A stretch of 60,434 nt of DNA, counting the filler, from Sphacelaria rigidula (Eukaryota): assembly GCA_964200075.2 (NCBI GenBank). It is 6 parts of 6 records of this genome, joined end to end, with 100 filler letters (N's around TTAATTAATTAA, not from the genome) between each part and the next. Parts side by side here need not be neighbours in the genome. Positions count along the whole stretch, not along the records: positions 10,091 to 20,079 come from CAXNAA020007356.1; positions 20,180 to 30,168 come from CAXNAA020007357.1; 4 more parts are not named here. The stretch is one strand, 5' to 3'. A program made the position numbers and the translations under genes. Each line of letters begins with the position of its first letter. The first letter of the stretch is position 1. This document shows positions 12,376 through 24,265 of this stretch, one piece after another. The notes beneath the pieces are model-generated. The model had not been told where the DNA came from. It did no database searches and saw only the letters and a list, made by a program, of their open reading frames with translations.

Positions 12376-12710
12376 AACCTCAGCCCCTCGCCCTGCACTG
12401 TCGGGGGAGAGTTGGGTAGATGGACCAATCCTTGAGATGACGGACGGGTACCGAGGAAAGCACCGGAGGGAATGTAACCCGTGCGGTGCCCACGATGGAC
12501 GTCTGAAAATGACAGTCGCGTTTCAAGTACTACACGACCTACGCCCATAAGAACGAAACCTCAGCCCCTCGCCCTGCACTGTCGGGGGAGAGTTGGGTAG
12601 ATGGACCAGTCCTTGAGATGACGGACGGGTACCGAGGAAAGCACCAGAGGGAATATAACCCTTTCGGTGCCCACGATGGACGTCTGAATATGACAGTCGC
12701 GTTTCAAGTA
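12376..12710. repeat. Direct duplication of ~150 bp (period 181 bp)
   Basis: cctcagcccctcgccctgcactgtcgggggagag...gacagtcgcgtttcaagta at about 12378-12529 and 12559-12710, with few mismatches. Confidence 0.85.
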
Positions 12711-13529
12711 ATAGTAATGCTGATTCAATATATAGACATATCTCGTCGATCAAGGGGTCAAGATTGCGGTGTGACGGAGAAAATAAGTGAAGGTCCAGCA
12801 GCTGAATACCCTTTCCGATTCCCTCGATCCTCCTCCCGTGCCACCCTACCCTGTCGCTGGTTGATGTTCAGCTCGGTCTTGGAGGTCGCCCACAAGATTT
12901 CTTGTCTTCCACGTTGTGCAGTATGATGCTGGCAGCTCTGCTGGTCGTCGCTGTGGACGTCGGCGTTTCACGAAATGCCGCATGTATCCTCTGGGTTGAC
13001 AGGTTGTGAAGGCGATGGTGATGGTGATGGCGATAGTTGGTGGTGGACGTCCTGCGATTCATCAGATCGTCTGCGATCTGATGGTGGGAACACAACATGG
13101 AAGCAGAAACTGTTGAAAGCTACGTTATTATCATCACATGCAATGGGATGCATTTCGTGTTCTTGAGCCTGTAGCTTCGAATTGGGGAAAAGATTGGGCC
13201 GTTTGATCGTGTGATGATTCACGGCGGACCTCGGATGGGTTTGATGTGATCGCAGGACATGAACTGTCAAGAGCGGTGATTGATCCTTGCAGCCACACCT
13301 CGTATGAGCGTGAACACAGTATATGGGTAAAACACGAGGCGCTATCACGCAGAGGGCGTAGCATTATGTGAGCTGGCCCTTCCATGATCCACTTACGAAG
13401 AAACCGATATGGTACAGGCTGATTTGGATCCTTCGGTACCAAGGCACTTTGCTTGTAGGGGCAATCGAGTGATTATGGTACACGTCGTGGCGGGCGGAAG
13501 TAGTTGCGTAGGGGGAGCGGGGAGGGGGG

Positions 13530-16500
13530 GGGGGCTTGCTCGTGTAGAGGGGGCCCAAGTTGGAACCTAGTTTCGCCCTGGGTGATATACCACGTATATC
13601 GTCTATAGTACGCCTCATGACAGGCGTATTTGTCGCTTGAGGGTGAGAAGCGCGAGGGTGGGGATTTGCTTGTGGAGAAAGTCGACCTCGTAATGTTTCT
13701 TCGCTCTGGGTGTGACTTCGCATGTTCCTCCTTGTATGCGTCATGGCTGACGGGGTTTTGCGTATGGGAGAGGTTGGAGGCCCTAGGGGGCAGGGTAGCT
13801 CATACAAACTCGAGTTTGGCATTCGATGTCGCCCTGGCGGCATATGCGTGGGAATGGAGACTAGTAGAGAAGAAGGGCGTGCTTGTTGAGAAAATGCGGC
13901 GTGATAGTTGCCGTCGCCCTCGGTGGTGTACACCGTATTTCGCATACCGTATACCCCGTAGTAGGCGGGGTTCGCAGCGGAAGGGGGTCAGGGGGCCTGG
14001 GACGGGAGGGGTAGGTTGTCGGAGAAGTCAAGCTTGGGATTTGTCGGTGGCCTGGCGGTATACGCGAGGGAGCGGGGACGGGGAAAGGAGTTTGATGGTG
14101 GAGAGGGAGTCGAGGTTGGGGTTTGTTGTCACCTAGGCGGTTCATGCAGTGGCATGGGAATGGGGAAGAAGAGAGCACGCTTGTGAAGTAGGTGGAGGTC
14201 GGGATTTCTCCTCGTCCTGCAAGGTATACTCTGTGTTATCACCTATGATGTAGCACGCAGTAGGCCGAATATACACAGGACGGGGGACCGGGGGGAAGGG
14301 ACGAGGGCTTGCTTGCGTAATAATTTGAGTGTAGGCCTTGCTGTTCGCCCTACGTGGTGCACGCGTGAGAGGGCAGGCGAGGAAGGGAGAGGGCTAGCTC
14401 TCAGAAGAAATGGGGCTTGAGATTTTCTGGCGCTCTACGTGTGGTATTCCATATATCACCTATGGTATACCGCGAGGCGGGCGGAATTGGCATGTGAATA
14501 GGAAGGGTGAGGGGCCTGGCTCGCGTGTTCCAGAAATCACGGTTGGGACTCGTTGTCGCCTTGGGCGGTGTAGGCACGAGGCGGCAGACAGGGATGGGAG
14601 ACGACCGCCTCGCGAAGGAAGTCGCGGTTGGGCGTTGTTGGAGCCCTGAGTAGAGTATTCCGGATGTGATGTGTGGTATCCCGCGTGACGGACGGAGTTA
14701 GCATATGGGGGTGGAGGAGGAGCGGGGCAAAACCCGCTTGTTGGGGACGCAGAGGTTGGGATCGTTGTCGCCCTGCGTGGTGTACACAAGAGAGGCAGGT
14801 GGGGGTAGGACAGGGCCGTGTCGTGCAAGGAGTGAAGCTTGGGGTTTGTGTGGCATCCTGGTGGTGTAGACTTGAGAGGGCAGGCGGGGATGGTAGAGGG
14901 CTGGCTCGGGATTCGTTCGTGCCCTGGGTGAGGTACTCCACATATCACCCATGGTACGCCGTGCGAAGGGAAGAATCAAACGTATGGGGGCGGCGGAGGA
15001 GGAGGGACAGCGCTTGTTTCTTATGCAAGTAGAGTTTGATGTTTGTTGTCGCCCCAGTGTTGTACGCGTGAGAGGGCAGACGGGGATGGTAGAGGGTCGG
15101 CTCGTGGCGAAATGAGACGGCGATTGCACGCACTGAGCTAGGTACTCCGTATATAGCGAATGATGTGCCACGTGTCTGACGGAATTGACTTGTGTGGGAT
15201 GGGAAGGGAGGGCACAGGCCTTGGTTGTTGAGGAAGTACAGGTTGGGCTCCGTTGTCGCCCCGGCGGTGCACGCACCGGAGGGCAAGGTGGGGAGCAAGA
15301 GGGCTGGTTCGTGGAGGAGTACGCCTCGGGATGTATTGGCGCCCTAAGTGTGATACGCGGTATATGGGGTATGTTATGCCGCATGGAGGGCGGCGTTGAC
15401 GTGTGTCAGATGGGAGGGGGGAGACAAGACTCGCTAGCTGACAAGGTAGAGGTTAGGATTTGTTGTCGCCCCGATGGTGTGCGCGTGAGAGGGCAGAATG
15501 GGCTGGAAGAGGGCAGGGTCGTGGAGAAGTACAGCCGGGGATGTATTGGCGCCTTGATTGAGACACTCCGTATATGGGGTATGGTATGCTGCGTGGCGAG
15601 TGGCGTTGACGTGTGTGGTATGGGAGGCGGGGGCGTGACTTGCTTGCTGAGGAGGGAGGGTTTGGATGGGAAGGAAGGGGGCTGGTCCGTGGAGAAAGTC
15701 GAGGTTCTGATTTTCGTGGAGCCTTGAGTGAGATACTCCATATATGGCCTGTGGTGCCGCGTGGCGGGTGGCGTTGACGAACGGGGGTGGGAAGAGAAGG
15801 GTACGGCGCTCGCTTGTTAAAAGAGTCGAAGTTGGGATCCGAGGTCGCCTTGGTGGTCGCTTGGGAGGGCAGGCGGGGATGGAAGAGGGCTGACTTGTGG
15901 AGAAGTAGAGCTTTGCGTGTAGGACCTAGGATATGCCGCGTGGCGGGCGAAATTGATGTGTGTGAGATGGCAAGGGGGGCACAGGGCTTGCTTGCTGAGG
16001 AGATGGAGGTTGAGATCCGTTGTCGCCCCGGTGGTGTGTACGCGTGAGGGGGGCGAATGGGAAGGGAGGGGGCTAGGTCGACGAGCAAGTCGAGGATCTG
16101 GTATGTGTGGCGCCCTCAGTGAGGTCCTCCGTATGTGACCTATGGTATGCTGCGTGGCGGGCTGCGTTGACGTATGAGGGTAGGGCAGTGGGGGGCAGGG
16201 CTTGCTTCTTGGGAAAGTCGACGATGGGATCCGTTGTCGCCTTAGTGTTGCACGCGTGAGTGAACAGACGGGGATGGGGGAGGGCTGGTTCGTGGAGGCA
16301 GCCGAGGTTAGAATGTGGTGATGCCGTGTGGCGGGCGGAAGTGATGCATGGAGGTGGGCACAGGGGTTGATCGTGGGGGAAGTAGAAGTTGGGATCCGTT
16401 GTCGCCGTGGTAGTGTACGCTTAAGAGGGCAGGCGGGGATGGCAGAAGGCTGGGTCGTGGAGGAGGAGAGGTTGGGACTATCGCCGCCCTAAGTGAGGTA

Positions 16501-16870
16501 CCTTGTCTATGTCCTATGGTATGCCGCTTGGCTGCCGGAGTGAACGTATGGAGATGAAGGGGGAAGGAGGGTACAGGGCTTGCTTGTTGGGGGAGTCGAA
16601 GTTGGCACCCGTTGTCGCCCTGATGGTGCACGCGTGAGAGGGTAGATGGCGACGGGAGAGGGCTGGCTGGTGGAGACAATGGGAGAGGGCTGGCTGGTGA
16701 AGACAATGAGAGAAGGCTGGCTGGTGGAGACAATTGAGGTCGGGAATTGGTGGTGCAGTAAGGAAGATACTCCGTATGCGACCCACAATGGTATGCCGCA
16801 TGGCGGGCAGAACTGACGTATGGGGATGGGGAACGGGAGGGTACATAAGGCTTTCTTGAAATGTAAGGCG
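13530..16870. repeat. Complex diverged G-rich satellite, ~210-bp unit
   Basis: Recurring anchor gttgtcgccc..ggtg..cgcgtgagagggcag at about 14342, 14552, 14763, 15045, 15252, 15462, 15843, 16019, 16233, 16397 and 16610. Confidence 0.85.
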
Positions 16871-16985
16871 TTGCATACACAGATTACCCAAGCGCGTCAT
16901 TGTGCCCGCGCGCGAAACTTCCTTGTTTTTTAGTCAATGTGTGCAAGCAGAGGAGTCTACACGAGCTTCTCCGCTCTATATTCTA

Positions 16986-18213
16986 CACACGTGAACAAAT
17001 AGCACCCTGTAGGACGAGCTGCGCAGGGTTCTCCACAGTCTTTGTGAAAACCCCTGTGTAGCATTTGCAAACCCTAGTACCTATAATAGCATTTTGCATA
17101 GCGTTTTTGTCCAAACCCTGCAAGCAAACCTGTGGGGGGGCCTTCCCAATTTGGAAAATTTCAAATTATCTTGGTACAAAATCTGTAAATTTATCTCGGG
17201 CAGCAGGAGAAGCTATTAAAAAAAGATTTATTTCGAACAGCGGAAGAAGCTGTTCGAAATAGATTTTTTTTCGCCCAGTAAGCTGTTCGAAATATATCCT
17301 TTTTTCGCCCGTTATAAACGGGCGAAAAAAGGATATATTTCGAACAGCTTCTTCTGCTGCGCAAATCCCATGCACACCGGCAGATTTGGGATTTTAACAG
17401 CAGAAGAAGCTCGAAATAAATGTTCACGTTGCCCTCCAATTCAACCGGAAATTGGGCAAAAAGAGATTTATTGCAAACAGCGTCAGCTGGGCATATCCCG
17501 CATCCTGCACCGTTATCAGCACATGGGATCCGACGAGCAGAAAAAACTGTTCAAAGTATTTCATCCTTTTGCCCCTCGGTCCATGCACATGGGCTGAAGG
17601 ATGAATAATTCTCAACAGCTTTTGCTGAATGGAGATCCGACACACTGATTACGATCGAGTGTATGTCCACACGCCTACAAGCTTAGATACGACTCTTCCG
17701 CTCAAGACGTGGATATTGGGATGCCGGTATATACCTCGCATATGACAGCACATTGCTGTTGGACACCCCGTGGTCCGCAGTCTACCAAAATCACTCAACC
17801 GAGTATGCTTTTGTTTAGACAGGTTTTTGTTTGATAGTCATGAGAAGCACAAAATATTAGGTAACTTGACACACTCCCGAGCACAAAACTGGGAGTTCAT
17901 TTCTTACCCCTTTTCTGCCAGTACCATGCCCATGCTGTATGGAGTGTATTGCATACGTGCTATAAAGGCTGCACAGCATATTAACAGCGATGGATTCTAC
18001 ACGGAGCGACGAAACCCTGTGAAGCGCCCTGTGTGGCACAAAATAATACCCTACAGTCAAATCCCCACGAGAAACCCTGCACAGTTTCCCTGAACCCTGT
18101 GAAGCGTCCTGTGGGGCGCAAAAAAAACTACAGGTAAATCCCCGCGAGAAACACTGCACAGTTTTCTTGAATCCTATAGACGTGCCCCACAGGGTGCTAT
18201 TTGTCCCCGTGTG
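16986..18213. mobile_element. Non-autonomous DNA transposon with ~25-bp TIRs (CAC...GTG termini), TA flanks and subterminal repeats
   Basis: Left end TA|CACACGTGAACAAATAGCACCCTGT; right end ACAGGGTGCTATTTGTCCCCGTGTG|TA (22/25 complementary). An aaaccctg(t/c) motif is repeated near both ends. Confidence 0.75.
17280..17350. repeat. Perfect 34-bp-arm inverted repeat with 3-nt loop
   Basis: aagctgttcgaaatatatccttttttcgcccgtt-ata-aacgggcgaaaaaaggatatatttcgaacagctt. Confidence 0.95.
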
Positions 18214-20079
18214 TATCATGGCCATGGGTCGACCAACGACAAGCTCACTGATGGCTAATGTCGTCTTCGGTTCGGGACACCGTTCTCTTGCTCGCACTGT
18301 CGTGGGGAGCGACGTAAGCAGGGATATCAGGTTTCGGCTAAATGTGGCCTCCGCGGAATATCTGCAGATCGCGTTGGCCCCGAACATTCTTCCGCACAAG
18401 AGCGCTGGGAACGACTTCAAGGTCGCAGGGTACGGGATCGAATTCCACGGCGGGGAAAAGGGCTACCACACGCACACCATCAACCGGTGGCGCCGTCCAC
18501 ATCTCTAAGCAGATTGTTATGGAGTTTCAGAACTGTGCACCAGCTAGCGAGTGTTCTCTGAACAAGTAATTCATTCACGGCGATGCAGCGCCTCACGCGG
18601 ACCTGTCGTCTACCCAGCACATCAAGATGTTTCGTGAAAGCTGTTCCGCCCCGCTTCAAATGGTGCTCTTCGAGAAAGTACATTATGTCCACTCAACACA
18701 TCTAACAAGTGCACGGTGTTCAGCACGGGTGATTTGGTACATTCGACTAATGCCGAGGTAGCCCCCCCACCAAGAGTGCACCGGCACCATCCAACGAACC
18801 GGCTGCGATCCCACTATTGGGCTCGTTTGTAGCAACTTCGCCCACATGAGAGGTGTGTAGCAGTCCGAAATCAGCTATAACGCTCTCAAATCACTCGCGT
18901 CGTGCAGCACGAAACCAGCTTTAACGACAGTTATGATCATCGCCCCCGTGCACGTTTTTGGCCGGTTTGGGGGGGGGCTATCTCGGCAGCAGTCATTCGC
19001 CCTTCGTTCCTCCCCCTCTCTCTCTAACTGATTCGCGCGGTCCTTTCAGAGCCACATTGGACACAATGTCTCTACTACCATTTTTTATCTCGAAGCTGTC
19101 CTTCCTGTTGACAATGAAGCTGCGTGTTGTGGCATCGACGTATATACATAATCTTCCGTGGAGGATGCCGTCATCCAGCGCCGATAGGGCAATGTGGGCA
19201 CCTGGAGAAGTGGGGCGCAAAACAATCTTGCCTTGCACAAGAATATTACTGTTGAGACGAGGAACGCTTTTGGGAAGACGTTGAATGGTATCCTATGTGG
19301 TAGGCACGGGCGAAAATAAGTAGAGAAGGGCAGTTTGATCGTACATTTAACAGCACAAAAACAGCGTCCTTTTCGCGACTACTCTGTGCCTACCTACGGG
19401 AGTGACGCTTAGAGTCGGTTGGCTGTTACCCCTGTTGAGCCATAATGAGGCATGCAGCGGAGAAGAGGGCGTATAAGAGCATACAGCGGGTCGTGTTTAT
19501 TCCTGCCACCATGTTTTAGCGCTCTGTCAGAAACCGACTTTCCGCACGTCGCCGTCGAGGCCACGGTGATACACGTGGTAGCCGACACGCCGTCATCTAG
19601 ACATCATGCACGCCGATCCACCAGTAAGGCCGTCTACGGTGGGCGCAACCACTGTGGTTTCTATGATCTGTTTGCGGTGTCCAAACAAACAAACGAGGGC
19701 ACAAGAGAAAAAGGGGTTCACTAACAAGAGGGGATAGACGGAATTACCTCCCGGCTGCCAGGACTGTCAGAAATATATACCTAGCATTCCTTCCGACCTC
19801 GTGCGGCGTCGGGTTATCAGCAATGCCGCGCTTGGGAAGACTCGCCCTACTCGCAGTCGGAGACGATCCTTCACGGAAATGTATAAACAGAAAAAGCGCT
19901 GATGCTCTAAACAAGAGCTCCTATCGGTTTTCGAGCTGACCAAATTTAATGTCGATGAAAAAAAAGACGGGCGCGCGGCGTAGTTCATTGATGGCATGCG
20001 ACGTTCCCCCGACCGAACAACTGAGTGATGCTACGGTAGGGGTACAGAAATAATTTCTGAGGTTAGAACTGTTAGGAGC

Positions 20080-20179
20080 NNNNNNNNNNNNNNNNNNNNN
20101 NNNNNNNNNNNNNNNNNNNNNNNTTAATTAATTAANNNNNNNNNNNNNNNNNNNNNNNNNNNNNNNNNNNNNNNNNNNN
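20080..20179. other. Artificial contig spacer
   Basis: Same 100-nt linker. Confidence 0.97.
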
Positions 20180-20689
20180 GTTTTTCCACACATACATACA
20201 CGACAAACTCACCTGTTTCGAACCGACCACTGACAGGCAGATTGAAATTGGGACATCACGACGCTGATCCAGGGGCTCAGGCCTATGTCGATGACCAAAC
20301 ACAAACAGGTGATGGTTTTCGACTGTATTATGTTGGAGACTACGTCGTCTCTCTGTCCCGTGAACCTCAACACATTCATGTGAATCTTGTGAGACGGAAC
20401 GGATCCCCCGCCCTCACTGGACGGCATCGTCGACTAAACCAATCCCAACCGAACCCCACACAGTATTCCCCCCTTTGATCAGACCGATGTATTCGTCCAT
20501 GGGGGTCGGCAATCCATTCCCCTCACGTCCTATGCATATCTCGATGTCCTCCCTGGTCAGTTGTTAGGTTTTGCTCAAGCGCCCCTCCTGCGGGCAGCCT
20601 TGTCGAATGTATGTCTGAAGGTGCCACCGCAAACATCATCAGACAGCTGAGAGACAAACGGTTCCACTTCGTTCGACAAAACTGACCCC

Positions 20690-21935
20690 ATGGTTGTAGA
20701 CGAATCGACTGATGCGCCTGACACAAACCCTTCGACTGCCTTACTAGATACATTTTCGCCAGAGCAACGTGTTACTTTTCAACGATTATGGGATGAAATT
20801 CTCCCCCATTTGAGACACCTTGTGTTTGATTCATCTGGTGAGGGTTGGACACCCACGGTGATTGATCGGTTGCGCTCCATCTTGATACGATACTCTGGAC
20901 GGTTTTCCAAATCGTCAACAGATTTGGGCCGCTGCAACACTATACCGTTCAAAATCAACATTCCTGATGGTACGACACCTATCGCCATGCGTCCGTACCG
21001 TACAAACCCTCTACTAGCGGGTAAAATTCAAGTAATTCTCGACGAATACTTGTCCGTCGGGTTAATACGGCACTCAGCGTCTCCGCGGGCCTCACCTTTG
21101 GTAGTCGTCCTGAAGAAGAATGGTAAGATCCGACTGACCGTCAATTATCAACGATTGAACGCAGTCACCAAAATCGCACGTCTACCTCTTCCCCGGATAG
21201 ATGAAATCATCGACTCTCTCAGCGGGGGCAAAGTATTTTCAAACTTCGACATGCAGTCCGGTTACGACCAACTGGTGATGGATCCGCACTCTATCGAGCT
21301 GACGGCGTTTTGCACCCCGTCAGGTCCATATGAGTGGCTGGTCACTCCACAAGGTGCCGCTGGCGCCCCAGGAGCATTTCAACGTGTGATGTTTCGCGTC
21401 AATGATGGACTGTTCAAATGCCGCATGTACCTCGACGATGCGGTGGTTCACGGCAGTACACCTGCTGAACACGTCGAACATTTGGCGTCCTTCTTTGCTC
21501 GTTTTGAACAACACAATTTGAAGCTCGCCCCATCTAAATCCCGCATTGGAGCCACGCGCATCGAGTTCCTAGGCCATTGCATCAGCCCTGAAGGTCGTAG
21601 CTCCAACCTCGACAAAGTTGCCGCACTTAGAGAGATGCCCATGCCACGCGATGTCTCTCAACTGCGCTCTTTACTCGGTGGTTTGAGTTACTATCGTCAA
21701 TATCTGCCAAATTCAGCCCAAACTCTAAAGCCTCTCACCACCCTCCTCAAGAAGGGGGTGAAATTCGTGTTCACGTCGGCAATGGAAAACATTGGACGAG
21801 AGCAGCTCAACACAATGTCAAAGCCGCCAATTCTGGTTTTTCCAGACAGGACAGCTGCTGAAAATGGCTCCCGTCCATTCCGACTTCACATGGATTCTTC
21901 GAAAATTGGGTTTGGCTGCACACTGGAACAATGCT
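20690..21935 (+). pseudogene. Gypsy pol: reverse transcriptase and start of RNase H
   Basis: Motifs RPYR, SPRASPLVVVLKKNGKIRLTVNYQRLN, LPRIDEII, FDMQSGYDQ, PQGAAGAPGAFQ, YLDD, FLGH, LRSLLGGLSYYRQY, LHMDSSKIGFGCTLEQ. Confidence 0.92.
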
Positions 21936-22994
21936 GGTGTTCGCCCCATTGTATATCTGAGCCGAACCACCCACCCAAACGAACAGATCTGGTTCGTCAT
22001 GGAACAAGAAGCCGGTGCAATTGTTTGGGGAGTGCGACGACTCCGGCAAGATTTGTATGACCTCCCGTTTGTGATTCATACAGATCATAAGTCTTTGGAA
22101 AACCTCGCCAAAATGGCGGAACACAACGCCCGGGTTCAACGCTGGTTTGAAATCCTGTCTTCCTACAGCTTCACGTTGAAGTACCGCACAGCTCCCCAAA
22201 ACGCAAACGCCGACTTCCTGTCACGCTTGCCCTTGCCAGCCCAACCCATCGACAACTCCGCCTTGGGTCGCATCACAGACCCCACCGAAGACATCGTATA
22301 TATCATAAGCACCAATGGTCATCGCGGACTCTATGCACCACTCGCACTGAACCAAAACTCGGCACTTGTTGAAAATAAGCTGACGCCTTCGGCTCACGCT
22401 TCTGTATTGGGCAGTTTGGCCCCACGATCGTTGTGTTCAGTCAGGAGTGAAATTCGTGCAACTACCGGCGGGTATGATCAATTTCGTGCGTCTGGTCATC
22501 GGATGGTTTGCACTGTAGAGCCGGTTTCTACTCACTGTGTCCTCCCGGTTCAAGTCCGAGACCTCATCTCGAGCCGGACCCGAGGACGCTGGGTCGCGGA
22601 AACGGCTGCCGCCCTGGCAGCAGCCGGCCCAGACCTCCCCATCCCCAACCCCATTCCACTCCCCGATAGCCTCCTTGCTCCCCCGTTACCTCCACGGCGC
22701 AAAGCCCCCAGAAAATCGACAACTTCCAAACCACCTCTGCCCACCATAGTCGAGACCTCGACTGTGCCTTCCCCACCCCGTGATGGTACCACCTGCGGCA
22801 CCACACCATCCGACACCCTCAATAACGTAGGAATAGAGGTGAACGTTCCGTTTGAGAATACACTGACCACCCCTTCTGCCCTTGATCCAAATAACGCCTC
22901 GTGTCCATCCCACAGTGATTCGATGCCCTGCGTTTTGGACAACCCCTCCGATAGTGTATTCAGGAAACTGACCCTCTCTTCTCACGCCGATTGA
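21935..22994 (+). pseudogene. Gypsy pol: RNase H (frameshifted) and Pro-rich linker
   Basis: RPIVYLSR, EQEAGAIVWGV, TDHKSL, RVQRW, NANADFLSR. Confidence 0.88.
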
Positions 22995-22999
22995 GCCCG

Positions 23000-24265
23000 G
23001 GAACAGCAAGCTGAACCTGCTTGTAGAGCAGCTATACGTTATCTATCCAAAGGATGCCCCTCCCCCTTTCCAGAAACTGAGTTCCCTTTGCCAGTAGGGC
23101 CCCACCGAGCCCCCACACAGGATGGGGTTACTGAATTATCGCGTAAAGGCATGCTTTACACGGATGACGATGGCGTTGTTCTTTTAGTTCACCGGCCCCC
23201 CACGAACCCTCCTGGAGGGAAATCTACAAGTAGTCACTCCCGTTTGTTGGGTGATGCCCCCGTTCATATTTATGTTCCGATGCTTCTGCGTCCATGGGTT
23301 CTCCATGAATTCCACTCACAAGCATCCACACATCTGCAGGGCGTCGCTAGGACATCCCAGATGCTTCAGCGTTTTTTTTGTGGATTTGTATGGACCAATG
23401 TGTGCGTTGGTGGGTTCGGCGGTGTCTTCTTTGCCAAGCACGCAAAACTTCGAGTCAAACAGCTAGATGGCCGGTAATCCCTATGCCCCTTCCCAATGAG
23501 CCTGATGAAATAGTTTCATGGGACTACTTTGGCCCCCTGCCCCTCACTGATAGTGGTAGCAAGTACATTTTGTTGTTTACGGATCGGTTCAGTCGATATG
23601 CTGCGGTTAATGCTGTTTCGGAGGCCAACTATAGTGCAGAAGGGACTGCCAACGTCCTTGTGTACACATACATCCCTCAGTGGGGTGTTCCCAAACGTTT
23701 GCTATCCGATAACGGCCCATATGTCGCCGGCAAACTTTCTGCGGCAATCAGTAATCTCCTGGGTGCCCATCGTATTTTTACTAGTTCATACCACCCGTCA
23801 ACAAACGGCGGGGCCGAACGAGTAAATCACACGATGGCGCAAATGCTTGCCACAGTGACCAATGAGCGACAAACGGACTGGGACCTGCACTTACCCCTTG
23901 TCCAAATGAACTACAACAACTCCGTCAATGCCGCCACAGGCTTGGCTCCCAATGAAGTTCATATTGGTCGTATGCCCAGGCTGCCATTGACAGTGTTCGA
24001 CAGGAAACCCCCTGGTGGTCATCAGAGTTTGGATCGGGATATTGTGGAGTATCATATGTCTGTTAGTAATCGTCTTCGTCTTGCATATGAGGTGGTACGG
24101 GAGCAGAACTTGATCAACGCAGCAAAGGTAGCTAAGGCAAACAGCGTGTTGGATGATGCAGTGAATAACCGTCCGGTGTGGAAAGTAGGTGAATGGGCAT
24201 GGGTGTATAACGATGTGAGAACTGTAACCCAAGGTGCAAGCTCTGCTGAGTCATCGTCGGATTAG
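23000..24265 (+). pseudogene. Gypsy pol: integrase (HHCC zinc finger plus DDE core), frameshift near 23378
   Basis: HEFHSQASTHLQG...VRRCLLCQARK, WDYFGPLP, DRFSRY, LLSDNG, YHPSTNGGAERVNHT, YNNSVNAATGLAP. TAG at 24263-24265. Confidence 0.92.

Noticed and set aside
12376-12710. Hammerhead or HDV-like ribozyme in the duplicated unit
   Set aside because: No intact CUGAnGA...GAAA core. The candidate HDV P1 pairing is not conserved between the two copies.
13530-16870. CRISPR-like array or repeat-protein gene
   Set aside because: Whole units are homologous and degenerate, with no identical repeats separated by unique spacers. ORFs are short and inconsistent in frame, and there are no cas genes.
18993-19238. 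Protein-like minus-strand ORF with a good acceptor site
   Set aside because: No recognisable homology and no partner exons, so it cannot be supported.
19768-20079. 5' LTR of the gypsy element in the next segment
   Set aside because: It is on a different contig and shows no similarity to the candidate LTR at 26873-27549.
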